Origin: Salisapilia sapeloensis CBS 127946 | Taxonomy: Eukaryota; Protista; Oomycota | Direction of reading: 5' to 3' | Length of the DNA: 45,448 nucleotides | Assembly: GCA_023334545.1 (NCBI GenBank) | Contig: JAADVB010000156.1 | Location: forward strand, 1-45,448 | Shown: piece by piece, positions 18,726 through 29,725 of the stretch | Layout: each line of letters opens with the position of its first letter | Position numbering within the stretch: the stretch's first letter is position 1 | Translations under genes and position numbers: made by a program | The notes under the pieces: generated by a model | The model's input: the letters and a program-made list of their open reading frames with translations, nothing else | Told to the model about the DNA's origin: nothing | Databases searched by the model: none

Positions 18726-21221
18726 CTACAGCATGTCTTCATGCAACAGGTCGCGGACACTCTGTTTGTTCAGTCGTTGATGACGCTTGAGCATCTGCAC
18801 ACGACGTTCGTCTCGACTCGTCTGCAACGAACTCTGCGACAACAACACTTCCTGCCGGACTTCATGCTGTAGTGATTCTAGTATCTCTGTCATGGGTGGA
18901 CGCTTGTCCGGATCATTGTCCAAACACTTTCGAATCAGCTCCCTTCGCTTTGGCGGGCACGATTCTGGGAGCGTTGGTCGTAACTCATCTTTCGCTACTT
19001 TGTCCATGATATCGATCGTACTCATGTACTTGGCAGCATCCGCATATGGGTCCTTCTTGGTCTCCAGCTCCACGAGGACGATACCAAAGCTATAGCAGTC
19101 CACTTTGGCATCGTACTTCTCTTCCCGCAAGATCTCTGGAGCTAGCCAGTAGGGGGTACCGATGATAGTACTGAGCAGATTTTCTCGTCGGCCAAACCCA
19201 CCGACTAGATTTGCATACTGTCGCTTGGCGTTGTCGAAGTCGGACACTTTGCAGGCGAATGTTGCAGACACCAGTAGATTTGAGGACTTAATGTCTCGAT
19301 GCACTAGAGGCGGATCTTGATTGTGCAAGTACGCAATACCTTTCGCAGCGTCCGTCGCAATCTGTAGCAAAGGGTCACTCCAGGATAAAGTCACCTGTCG
19401 ACTTCGTAGCAATGCCCACACGTCTCCTTTGTCCATGTGCTCCATCACTAGAGCAACATTCGCCAAGTTATCAAACGTCGCACCTAGGAACTGAACGATA
19501 TTTGGATGACGCAAAGGTGCAAGCATCGCAACGTTCGCAGCAAACTGCTTTAACCCAGTCTTTGTAATCGACGACAACGCCAAGCGTTTAAGTACCACCT
19601 GACTGCCATAGTAGTCTGCCAGCAGTACATCCCCAGTTGTCCCAGAGGACAGTACCGACTTCAGTTCCAAATCGTAAAACGGGATAGAAGCACGTAAAAG
19701 CACAGGATCCACTTCATCCTGGTCTTCATGAAGAGCACTAGCTAGTGCTTCTGCAGGCTCGTGGTGACGTCCAAGACTCGGGTTTTCTAGCTGCTTGTGG
19801 TGATTCACCGTCAAGTCGTGCTTGAGTGTCGTATTCAGTCGCTCGGCATTAAATTTCGAAGCGTAGGCTAATCGAGCTGCTCGGTCCTCCGAGTACGTTG
19901 CCAGCAGCATGGAGAGCGTCGGGAATAGAATGCAGATGAAGAGGAGGCTGTTCTGTGGACCCATATTGCTCATCTGGTTGTTACTGTAGGGAAGAGGTGG
20001 GTCTGGTAAGATCAAGGCGATGCTTGTGATCCAGATCGCTAACGTCGTGACAGATGCATGTGGGAAGTCAAGTCGCAAGGCGATGAGTAGGATGCATCCG
20101 ACGGTCGTGAAAAGTGCCATGGATGCCAATAGAACAGAGTAAATAGCTTTACTTTGGAAGACGAGGATGACGAATTCGAGGGAGAAGGTCGCATTGGCCG
20201 ATGGCGGCTGCAACGCCCCGATGTTCCAATCTTCCGGTTCGAACCAGTCATTTGGAACAGGGACTTTAGACGCACAAGGCAGTGCGTTGTCGCTTTGGTC
20301 TGTGATGGTCGAGCGAATGTCCATGAGCAGCTCATGAAAGTATATGGTACCGCCAACGGACCACAGCAAGGAAACGAGGGTCGCAAAAGCTTTCCAGTAT
20401 CGACGTATAGCATAGACGCCAAAGCGAAGCTTGACGCTGTTTTCAATGCAACTCAACGAAAAGAAGACAAAGATGGCTGCGAAAGGGGAGAACATCCAGA
20501 GCAGACCGACGACCTTGGTATCTGGAATGCCTGGTACACTAGCAGACATCGTTCTGTTTAAGGCAGGTAGACTATCAGCCATTGAAAATATCGACTCGTT
20601 GACATGAAAGGCTTTGGCAAATGCCTTCTTGTCTGCCATTGTCACAGAGATGGATGCATGGTTCGTATTAAAGACAACGCCGAGCAAGTAGGCAGTGAGC
20701 TGAAACGCAAGAACTTGTAGCATGACACGTCGGGCTGCTGGAAAAGCTGTCTTTGATGAGTCTAACTGGTACGAAGTTTCATGATATGAGTCAGAGAAAT
20801 TGTTCGATACAATGTGCATGTCCTGCGAGCTCACTGGACGCTCCGCTGGCATGTGAGATATTGGTGGTTGCTCCGTCTCGGATTGGATGTTTGGCCCATT
20901 TAACCGATTCGTACTAGAGCGATGCCAAATCCGGTGTGTAGACGAAGGAGATGGCGGGTGATACGCTAGCGTTGTGTTTAAATTACTATCGCCATCGTCA
21001 CTGCCGTTAGCAGCTCCTCTTCGGCTGGCTAGAGGCGCTGGACTTTGTTGGGGCGTATAGAGACGACGGTAGGCAGAAGTGTGTTCATCGACACGTTCAA
21101 GTGGTCTGCGCAGCGTGGATGGCGCGATGCTGATCCGATGGGACGGATTTGTCGATCTCTGATGGCGAGGATTTGCACGCGTCGAGCGTGGCATAGCGTA
21201 AAGGGGTGAACTGAATGACAA
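18726..21221 (-). CDS. TKL-group protein kinase with N-terminal disordered region and about 6-7 transmembrane helices
   Basis: 831-aa ORF with a hydrophobic central third and a kinase domain containing LRHPNIVQFLG, HRDIKSSNLL, GTPYWLAPE, DCYSFG and RPPMTEIL. Confidence 0.9.
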   Translation of the reverse strand: MSFSSPLYAMPRSTRANPRHQRSTNPSHRISIAPSTLRRPLERVDEHTSAYRRLYTPQQSPAPLASRRGAANGSDDGDSNLNTTLAYHPPSPSSTHRIWHRSSTNRLNGPNIQSETEQPPISHMPAERPVSSQDMHIVSNNFSDSYHETSYQLDSSKTAFPAARRVMLQVLAFQLTAYLLGVVFNTNHASISVTMADKKAFAKAFHVNESIFSMADSLPALNRTMSASVPGIPDTKVVGLLWMFSPFAAIFVFFSLSCIENSVKLRFGVYAIRRYWKAFATLVSLLWSVGGTIYFHELLMDIRSTITDQSDNALPCASKVPVPNDWFEPEDWNIGALQPPSANATFSLEFVILVFQSKAIYSVLLASMALFTTVGCILLIALRLDFPHASVTTLAIWITSIALILPDPPLPYSNNQMSNMGPQNSLLFICILFPTLSMLLATYSEDRAARLAYASKFNAERLNTTLKHDLTVNHHKQLENPSLGRHHEPAEALASALHEDQDEVDPVLLRASIPFYDLELKSVLSSGTTGDVLLADYYGSQVVLKRLALSSITKTGLKQFAANVAMLAPLRHPNIVQFLGATFDNLANVALVMEHMDKGDVWALLRSRQVTLSWSDPLLQIATDAAKGIAYLHNQDPPLVHRDIKSSNLLVSATFACKVSDFDNAKRQYANLVGGFGRRENLLSTIIGTPYWLAPEILREEKYDAKVDCYSFGIVLVELETKKDPYADAAKYMSTIDIMDKVAKDELRPTLPESCPPKRRELIRKCLDNDPDKRPPMTEILESLQHEVRQEVLLSQSSLQTSRDERRVQMLKRHQRLNKQSVRDLLHEDML

Positions 21222-21853
21222 AATCGATCACTTTGCTTGTGAAGGCGTTGCGTGTGGGCTGCGTAGTTTCTAGTACGTTTGTGAGTCTGCTTGGACGTAA
21301 GGACGCGACGAATTGAATCAAGCGCTGGAAGAAAGTTGGGGGAATCGAATGCGACGCGAACGTGACGATTTCATGAAAGTATCATGCTAATGATTGGGTA
21401 CGATATAGATACAAATCAAAAGGTGGTAGGTTGTGATTGACTGGTGTAGTGACTTGGGTTCAGTATGAGTAATCGATGGCTTCAAAGTATGGACTTCAAC
21501 GAGGTTTCCACTTCCCACGACTTTCGTCCTCTGCACTCTTGTTGCGTGCGAGCAAGGTGTTGTAAGTTGGATTAAGAGATGTGTATGCTGAGTGAGAGGT
21601 GATGGGTGAATCGATTTAATACCTTTAAATACAGGCAGGTTTTTTCTTTGCCTTCCATTTGTACCTTGGACGCAGAACAAGATTAATAACAAAGTATAGC
21701 TTATCAATGGAATCCTTGCATCATATCATCCTTTTTTGGCTGTGTAACTGAGAGGTGACTAGTGTTGCTCTTAGACGCCAAGCATGATTTGCAAGTGTTC
21801 ATGACGGAGTTAATGGGAGATGCTATGCTTATCTGCTTTTCCTTGCAGAATAT

Positions 21854-22455
21854 ATGGGGTTACCGTACGAAGCCACAAGAAACTTGACAGATCTCATCAT
21901 TGCTACTGGGACCTTGATTGGTCACACCGCAGTCTACATCAAGTCTGATGTGCACGCATCCATGATGACGTATTTTCCATGTCCTCAACGATGCATTTGT
22001 CCTTTCAGGCGTTTTCTACCTTCTCGAGCGGTATATCTTCCATACCACATGCAATAAAAGATGTTTTGTATGCTTTATTGCTACAATTTCCATGTATTCT
22101 TGTACGAAAAGATACCAATCATCGACCAAGAGACTAGGAGGGTGACCAAGTAGATACCTGTAGATTACATTTCTACTCGGAATGTATGCGAGTTGTCCGC
22201 ACAGATCCTTCATGAATGTTCATACGCGTACCCGCATCAACCCGTTCTCTCAGATACGTTTTTACCATTCCTATCTACCTCCTTCTGCAGTCTAGTCGAA
22301 ATGCTGAAGTATCATATCAAGTACCCAACTCCATACATTCAGAAATGGGTACTCTTCATCTTTCTCTAAAATCAGCTTAGTGGCATCTACCCACTTCAAA
22401 GCGCATGCATATCAACCCAATTGGAAAGCTTTTAGAGCAAGTTCAGCTTCGCTAG
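21854..22455 (+). CDS. Hypothetical spliced protein (~146 aa), unknown function
   Basis: Three phase-0 GT-AG introns of modal size (21950-22008, 59 nt; 22102-22153, 52 nt; 22349-22401, 53 nt) join four open segments ending at TAG 22453-22455. The 5' end is uncertain. Confidence 0.45.
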
Positions 22456-22657
22456 AATATAAATCTAATGTCTCCTCTGCGCAGCTGATCGCAAAACACC
22501 TCATCTGACTGTAGCCTCTCGCGTATACAAAATTCAAATGAGCAGCCATTTAAACCAAACACAAAAGTTTACAACGTCTGCACCGGTCGAAGGAGTGCTT
22601 CATTCGAACGGTTACTTGCTGCAGCTCTGCGCGCTTTTGCTTGAAAACTTTGTCACC

Positions 22658-23539
22658 ATGTCTAGCTCTAGACCCATCCCTATTCATAACCGAGAAGTGC
22701 AAGCGCCGGGCTCCGCTGAGCTTCCCGCGAGCGGAGTCGACAATAACTCGCACGAAAACAACGTCGTGTCGCAGTCTTGCCCCACCGGCGGCTCTGGTAA
22801 CGATCCGCTCATGAGTCCTCGTTTCCAGCCTCCACGAGCACCAGTATTCGGCTCTTTGCCCGATCCAAACTACCTACAACTTGATTCGAACCCAATGCCG
22901 GAGCTCTCCCTGCCTGCTCGACAATTGTCCGATCCACCACGCAGCGCCTCTGTCATACAGGTATACTCCATTTATACAACCACTTGAATATCATTGTACA
23001 CACATCTTCGTGTGTACTATACATTGATATCCTTGGATGGAACATACTAAATGTGCTCTTGATAGTTCGCGACGTCCTTGCCAGCGGATATCGGTGGATA
23101 CTTTCGCCAAGAGGCTTCGAGCCCACAAATTCCATTGCAAAATGAGCTTGCACAGGACGAGTTTGATCTATCCAAATCGCCTGCGCTAGCAGTCATGTCT
23201 GCTGCCCACGCCAATCGACAGCGATATCGGCAGTCGAATATCCATACAAATGCAGCTCCACATGCAAACTCATACGATCCACGTAGTCGCCGACGATCTT
23301 CGGGCTCTAGTTACGCTGGTCAGGAGCACTTGAATTCAGATATGCTTGCTCGATTGTCCATTTCCGAAGAGCAGCACGAGCATAGTGAAGACGAGGAAAC
23401 CGACGGCCAACCAGGTGACAGTGGTAGGGATAATCTGGATCGGAGGGCATCTCAGCATTCCATGGATAGAAGAGCTTCCTACAGTAACGTCTCGGACACG
23501 AGTGAAAGCGGGGTGTTCCAATTCGAAGATCAAGAATAA
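22658..23539 (+). CDS. Disordered Ser/Pro-rich protein (~258 aa) with TOS-like C-terminus
   Basis: ATG 22658. Intron 22961-23065 (GTATAC...GATAG) fuses the two ORFs in frame (SVIQ|FATSLPADIGG). The product ends GVFQFEDQE. Confidence 0.7.
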
Positions 23540-23891
23540 ACAAAAGCACGAAACCAATATGAAGATTTTAGAATTGCATCTCCGCTTGCATCCAGTCTGT
23601 CACGAACACACACATTCTCTATCGTATCATCTGCATATTCGTGTAGATCGTAGTGCCAAAGGATAATTAAATAACGTTGACAAAGGTACTTGTATAATGC
23701 ATCTACCACAATATTTTCATTTCGATTTCTTTTCTTTTCTTTCGTTTGTATGTTAAATCTACGAGTCAAGACCATACAAAATAGTGCAGACGCTAATACG
23801 ACGCGTTATCGGGTGAAACCAACAGCATCGATAGCGGCGGAATTAATTGATCCTCTTCTCGTCATCCTGCTCCTTGTAGCCATCATAGCTC

Positions 23892-25020
23892 ATGTCTTCC
23901 CCATGGCTCTTTAAGAACATCAGATCGTACTTTACTCAGGCTTCCGACTCGTCAATGATTGTCACGCCGACGACAGAGGCGTCCCAATTGACTTGGCCGA
24001 CGGAAGTCCAAATGCGATTCAGCACCTGTCGCTTCATCGAGGACCTCGCTTCCATTGCAGAAATACCTCTGGCTCCCGTCGTAACAGCTCAGATATACGT
24101 CCATCGGTTTTACATGCTCCACTCGTTCTCTCGCCACGACCGGTTCCTCGTTGCCACGGCCGCCTTGTTCCTCGCTGCCAAGTCCGAAGAGTTCCCCATC
24201 AAGTGTCGTACACTAACAGAGTGCTCCTTATATATTCTGCTCTGTCCCAACCATGCATTCTCCAAGTCTCCAGCAACCTCCTCTCCAGTGTCTCCTTCCA
24301 GCTTACCTGGCGTCTTGCATCGAAAGCGTCGTCGAGCTCCACCAGCCAAAGGCGCTCCTTCCACAGATAAACAGCGCAAGTCGGACAAACGAACAAGTGC
24401 AAAGCATAAAGAGTATCTACAGGAACTACACAGCCAAGTCTCGGTTGGAGACATTGAACAAACGTCTCATAAAGTCTTACTGACCGAACGTATCGTCCTC
24501 CTCAGTCTCGGCTTTGAAGTTAGTGCACCAGAGCCATTCACGTCCGTATCAACGTACATGGATGCGATCTGGAAGTTGGAAGCTGTCCATCCGTCTGTCC
24601 GGTACGAAAGTGCTCGAGACCTCGCGCATGTGCTTCTAGGAGATGCAGTCAAGTACGGCATGACACTCGCTTTTCCGTGCGAGATATTAGCTGCTGGGGC
24701 AGTATACCTCGGATGTCTCTACCGACGACAGATCGTTCCGGACGTGACGACGGAAGAGTCTAAACCGTGGTGGACACTTCTTCATTTAAGCGAAACGGAG
24801 CTTTTAGGTATGTTCTTGCGCCTCGTAAGTTTTGTATCAAGTACTCATGTGTGTGGTAGAGGTGTCGAAAGCCTTGTTGTGGATGTACGAGGAGAACGGT
24901 CGACCAAAGGACAATGTCCATGCAGAATTGAAAGACTTGTGGGACCGAGTGGATCCGAAGGTAAACCTTCCGGACCTCGAGCGTGTCCGGCAGTTGGATG
25001 CAGAGGTAGCAAGTGGGTAA
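23892..25020 (+). CDS. Transcriptional cyclin (cyclin T/K/L-like)
   Basis: Cyclin box TAQIYVHRFY...FLVATAALFLAAKSEE and ERIVLLSLGFEV. Intron 24808-24859 joins SETELL|EVSKALLWMYEE, with stop at 25018-25020. Confidence 0.85.
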
Positions 25021-25062
25021 GCAATGTGAAAAGCCTGTTGATTCTACGCACGTGATATTGTT

Positions 25063-26050
25063 CTAAGCCCAAGTACGCTTTTGAACTGGTTTCTCCAACA
25101 TCTTTTTGATGTACACAACTTGGAGGATGCAAATGCCGACGTAGACCATGCACTCGAGGCCTCCGTAGAACGAAACACGCTTGCTCATACTATCTTCCAC
25201 TGCGCTACGATTAGTGTCGCGTCCTGTGAACAGGAGAAAGCAGCTTACCTTTGATGTGACGATCCGTTCGGATCTGTAGTAGACGTTGTTGAGATTCGAC
25301 TTCACCCAGGCGAATATCCAAGTGGGAAGCAAACTTGGCCACGACACTGACGTACTCTACAACCGGGTGAGGTACTGTCAGACACGTAGAAGCAGGCAGC
25401 ATACCTTTTTGGACAGGATGCTGGGACTGAAGAGTGTTCGTGACATGTGTCACGAGCTTCCCATCTGCATCGGGATTGACAAAGCACAATTGATGCTCTC
25501 CCGTCTCTCTATCTAAATTTAGGATACAGCCTTCTAGTGTCGAATTCGTATCAAATGTACTTTGGCTGGGCTTGGTAGTGTCCTTCGGCATCGCCCACTC
25601 GGCGATAGATCGTCTCGCCCTTTGAATTTTTAATCTGTAGTACGATCAGTATAGCTACTTGTGCAATGCAATGGAAAAGCGCACTTCAAGATCTATATGA
25701 CTGTCGGCCGAGGCGACGATGTAAGCACCGCTAAGTTCATCGTCAAGTCCTTTTACGTTCTCATAAAAACACTCTTTCGAGTTCCCACCGACGTAAAAGG
25801 ACAGGCCTTCGGAAGGATCAAAGTCAAACTTTTCGACGTGTGTTTTAGATGCTTGCTCCTGTTCCTTGGCCTCTTGTTGAGCAGGCATTTCCTTCGCTTC
25901 ACTCGACATTTTCTCCTTGTACGGATCGAAGCGAGGGCTCTCCGTTATTAACACCTCTTCATCCACTGGCGGCTGCACTTGCGAGTGAACGGAAGCTACC
26001 AAGAGGACTGTCGTCGCGAGTACGAGCGTGGTACACGATCGCATTTTCAT
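25063..26050 (-). CDS. p24/emp24/gp25L (TMED) cargo receptor, 5 exons
   Basis: Signal peptide, GOLD domain (KECFYENV, GEHQLCF), coiled coil (DIRLGEVESQQRLLQIR), TM (VSFYGGLECMVYVGICILQVVYI) and short basic tail. Four GT-AG introns splice in frame. Confidence 0.85.
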
Positions 26051-26173
26051 GAGGTGTCTACGTGTGGCTTTTGGAAAACACTTGATCTAGGTATAGGATA
26101 AAATGGCTAGTTCTGATAGTTGGCATCGGATACGATTGGCAAAGCTTTCGACCATACAAAGGAAGAGAGGGTC

Positions 26174-27445
26174 ATGGATCCGACGGACTTGATACGTCAA
26201 TCGACGAAGCGCGTGGTCGAAAATGCCAAGCACGTGCACATTGATGCAGAGGCAGCTCGTCGATTGGCCACCCGACTTGTAATTGTGACAATATGATCTA
26301 CCTCCAGTATGTCTAGTGGACGCATAGAGTGGTTGCCAACAGTTTGTGTGTATCATCGTAGGGATCAAAATTGAACAGCCAGAAAGATGGCGACACGACG
26401 GTTGCTTGGGACAGTGGAGACTTTCATTACTTTGCAGACGTCGACCAAGATGGTCCTTTGACCTGTCAATATGTCTTTGTATTGGACGCACTCAACTTTT
26501 GCTTCTGGCCGACTGAAAAGTACTTGCTACATCCAAAATGACATTGTCCTATCTCTGGTATTCATGAAGAAGTAGTATGGAGTACGAGCATTTGGCTCGA
26601 GGATTGAAGAATGCACTGATCAACGATCCAACTGCATTGGATGCCGACCATCTCGCCAATGTAGACGAAGCTACGGTCGCGTCCTGGTTCCATCCTTTCA
26701 CACCTCCTCAATTGGCTGAGCGAAAACGCAAAGTGCAGGAGATTGGGCAAGTTCTACAATCGAATTTTAAAGGTCTAGCAGCCAACGTCGTGCATCAAGC
26801 CAACCATTCTGTCGTGGAAGCTGTGCGACTCTTGCTTGCTCACTTTCCAGGTCCTGGATCGAAATACGACGCTATCAAAGCACATGGACTTACATAGACG
26901 TAGGTTTCCGAGACCATGGTGTGTACAAGGGCGAGCAAGTGCATTTCTACAAACGAGCTCAAATTTTAGTTGGCGACGTCTGGGCAGCATACGGTCGTCG
27001 ATCGACTGGCTTCGCATCTTTCCACGACGTCGACAAGCTGACGATGTTTGGTACCCACTTTCCGTCACTTGTTTACGACGATTTCAAAACGTGTATCGTG
27101 TAGCGGACTATCGCGTGCCCCAAGTGTTGCGACCGGAGGGTGTGTTGCAGTATTCCGACGAGCTTCGCGGCCTTGTGGACGCCAAGCAAGAAATTCCATC
27201 CGGAAGCGACGTACTGCCTCTGTGAACTGTATATGAACTGTCATATAGATAGCTAATGCCTTTGATAGATGGAATCAGAGATCCGAGCAGCAACGATCCA
27301 AGCAGTCGAGCAGCTTCATGCTTTGCTCACGAGTGATGGCTTCCAGCTACACGTCATTGAGCTCGACTGGCTCTTGTGGCAGATTGGTGAAGAAAGCAAA
27401 GACCAACTGCAGCCGCATCACCGGACGCTGACCGTCTACTACTAG
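26174..27445 (+). CDS. QNG1: Queuosine 5'-phosphate N-glycosylase/hydrolase (Q-salvage, DUF2419/C9orf64)
   Basis: Multi-exon gene containing QYVFVLDALNFCFWP, FRDHGVYKGEQVHFYKRAQILVGDVW, ADYRVPQVL, EIRAATIQAVE and ELDWLLWQIGE, ending PHHRTLTVYY. The first intron boundary is not fully resolved. Confidence 0.9.
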
Positions 27446-27862
27446 ATAAACAATGTCCTTCTTCCGACTTGCAAAGTGTATCTACAACGTTGCTGCAATT
27501 CGTGTCTCTTTGTCGTCCAATCATCAGGTCGGACGACTCTTCGCACTCTGGACACGCCATCTAGCGTCGGCGTTGCCCGAGCCCAGGTCGGTGGGGTGAG
27601 AAACGACCGGAGGATAATTTTAAACCAGTTGTATGTATTTAAAGGGCGCTCGCATAAGCCACCAAGGCCTTTATCGTCCACAGACCAATCGAACGTCTCG
27701 AAGCCATCTGACTGCATCCTTGGGACATTGCCCAGAATCAAACGCGCCTCATCCGCTCTTCCACCCGCTGCTTGTGCTTTCCTGGATTTTGTAAGCATCG
27801 GTCTAGTCTGGCTACTCGCACAGTGCGACACTTGCAACTGCGCGCATTCGATTCATTAGATC

Positions 27863-29326
27863 ATGTCGTCCTACTCTATTGCCGATGATACTAGTACGAG
27901 AGGAATCGACGCTCTGGCAGACGACCTGTTCATTTCGCGAGAGTCGCCTCGTCCGAGTGACGAGGAAAAAGATATGGAACAGGATACTCAAGACGGCTCG
28001 TTCACTTCTTCTCTGCCTCCTCAAATAGGTCGTGGAGCAAGTGATGGCGCATGCATTGCTGTTGGAAAGGAAGCGACTGGGAGACGAAAGGAAGTTGGTC
28101 GCAATCGAAGTAGTAGTGAAGTGCCAGCGAGATCTCTTCAGCTGCATCCGTATCACGACACACAACAGATCGTGTCTTTCGATGTAGGTGGGAAACTTTT
28201 TCGCTGCAAAGCAAGTCTTATTCGGCAGTACCCAGAAAAGAGATTGAATCGAGTCATCTCATGCGATACTCGAGTGAAGACCGATACCTTTCGCATCGAT
28301 CGAAATCCAGAGCACTTTGCTATGGTGCTCGATTGGTACCGCACGGGCAAGTACGTCTTGCATCGAAACGTGGAAGAGCAGGCGTTCAAGGAAGATGCCA
28401 AGTACTTTGATCTGTATGACGAACTCTTCGTGAACGTACCACAGTCCACTATTGTTGATGAAGACGCACAGGAAGTCGAGTCGGAAGGAAGTGATCGTGA
28501 TTCGTTCGACATCTCGTCTCCTCGACATTCTGCAGACAGTGAATTGCCACGCACATCCTCAGCTTTCATGGGGCTGCTCGGACGATCATCCATGTCTAGC
28601 CTCCACTCCGGTTCTCCAACTCGATCGCAGTCTTTGGTAAGCAACAGTCAGACTCTAACTGGACCAGATGCTACGTTCTCTCTTAGCTCCTTGTCAAGTG
28701 ATGACGAGGAGGATACAAACAAATCTCCTATACGCTATTGCAAGCAACAGAAACACATCTTGACGTGTCAAAGCATGCCACTCGTTCTTATGATGCGGTT
28801 TCATGAACAACTTGTCGTGTCCAGTTGTACTGGGAACGGACGACTACTCGTTCGTGTATGCGACGCCACTGGTATGCAAAGTGTTCTCGTGGATCAAGCA
28901 GTTGTTTACGATAGTCAGGCGTGTTTCTACTTGCAAGGGGGCCGAGCTAGTCTCGAACACTTTCTTCTTCCTGGTGGATACACATACACGTTCTGGGTTG
29001 AACGCATCACGCCTGTGAATGAAGAAGCACCACGGCAGGACAAGTTGGAAGTAGAGCTGAAGCTTCTATCCAATTTCCAGAAGGATGAACAAGTAGGATC
29101 GGAAGTCTACACTGGAGAGAATACTCGAACCGTGGCACCTGCCAAGACACAAGACAAGGAGAATGCACAGAGCGAGATTTTGAAAGCGTTGGAAATTGCT
29201 ACAAGTCCAAACGTCGTGCGTCCAGAATCACCAGCGAGTCCCCCATTCTCGCCTTCTTTGATGCTCCCTCCTCACTACCGGTCAAAGCGTGGGAAGACAG
29301 ATGCGTTGGAGGTGAGCAACGAGTAG
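27863..29326 (+). CDS. BTB/POZ (T1/KCTD-type) domain protein
   Basis: IVSFDVGGKLF...IDRNPEHFAMVLDWYRTG...FKEDAKYFDL, flanked by Ser-rich disorder and an unrecognised beta-rich C-terminal domain. Confidence 0.85.
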   Translation: MSSYSIADDTSTRGIDALADDLFISRESPRPSDEEKDMEQDTQDGSFTSSLPPQIGRGASDGACIAVGKEATGRRKEVGRNRSSSEVPARSLQLHPYHDTQQIVSFDVGGKLFRCKASLIRQYPEKRLNRVISCDTRVKTDTFRIDRNPEHFAMVLDWYRTGKYVLHRNVEEQAFKEDAKYFDLYDELFVNVPQSTIVDEDAQEVESEGSDRDSFDISSPRHSADSELPRTSSAFMGLLGRSSMSSLHSGSPTRSQSLVSNSQTLTGPDATFSLSSLSSDDEEDTNKSPIRYCKQQKHILTCQSMPLVLMMRFHEQLVVSSCTGNGRLLVRVCDATGMQSVLVDQAVVYDSQACFYLQGGRASLEHFLLPGGYTYTFWVERITPVNEEAPRQDKLEVELKLLSNFQKDEQVGSEVYTGENTRTVAPAKTQDKENAQSEILKALEIATSPNVVRPESPASPPFSPSLMLPPHYRSKRGKTDALEVSNE

Positions 29327-29725
29327 ATCTGCTTCTAGGATGACGCTACGTGCAGTGTAGCTATATATTCAATACAAGCTATGTATGAGGTCTGGCGACT
29401 AAATCTTTTGTGTCTCGCGGTCTCCGTGTAGAAACTTGTAAGAGGCACTAGTCGAAGCGTCATAATCGATCCAAACTTAAATTTGGGCGGAGAAAAATGG
29501 TGTATGGCAGGGGCAGGAATGCCTACAAATCGTCTGAGTATGGCGGGCAGGACTTTAATGAGTGACAAAATAGAAAGTCGAGTCATAGTGTATCGTACTC
29601 GCCACGAGATGGAGAAACTAGGCTTGACCAATGTACGTGGTTACAGACCTGAAAGGTGAATGGATACGAGGAATGATATTGAAAGAAAAACGCAAATCGT
29701 ATACTTTCCAATGGCCTTTACACTT

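Noticed and set aside
27442-27837. Minus-strand 131-aa ORF whose TAG overlaps the QNG1 TAG in a CTAG palindrome
   Set aside because: No recognisable domain and a non-ATG start in the track. The region is better explained by two canonical plus-strand leader introns of the BTB gene.
29335-29631. 98-aa minus-strand ORF as a possible continuation of the 29726-30217 gene
   Set aside because: TTG start. The nearby acceptor (CACCTTTCAG) does not splice into this frame without a stop.
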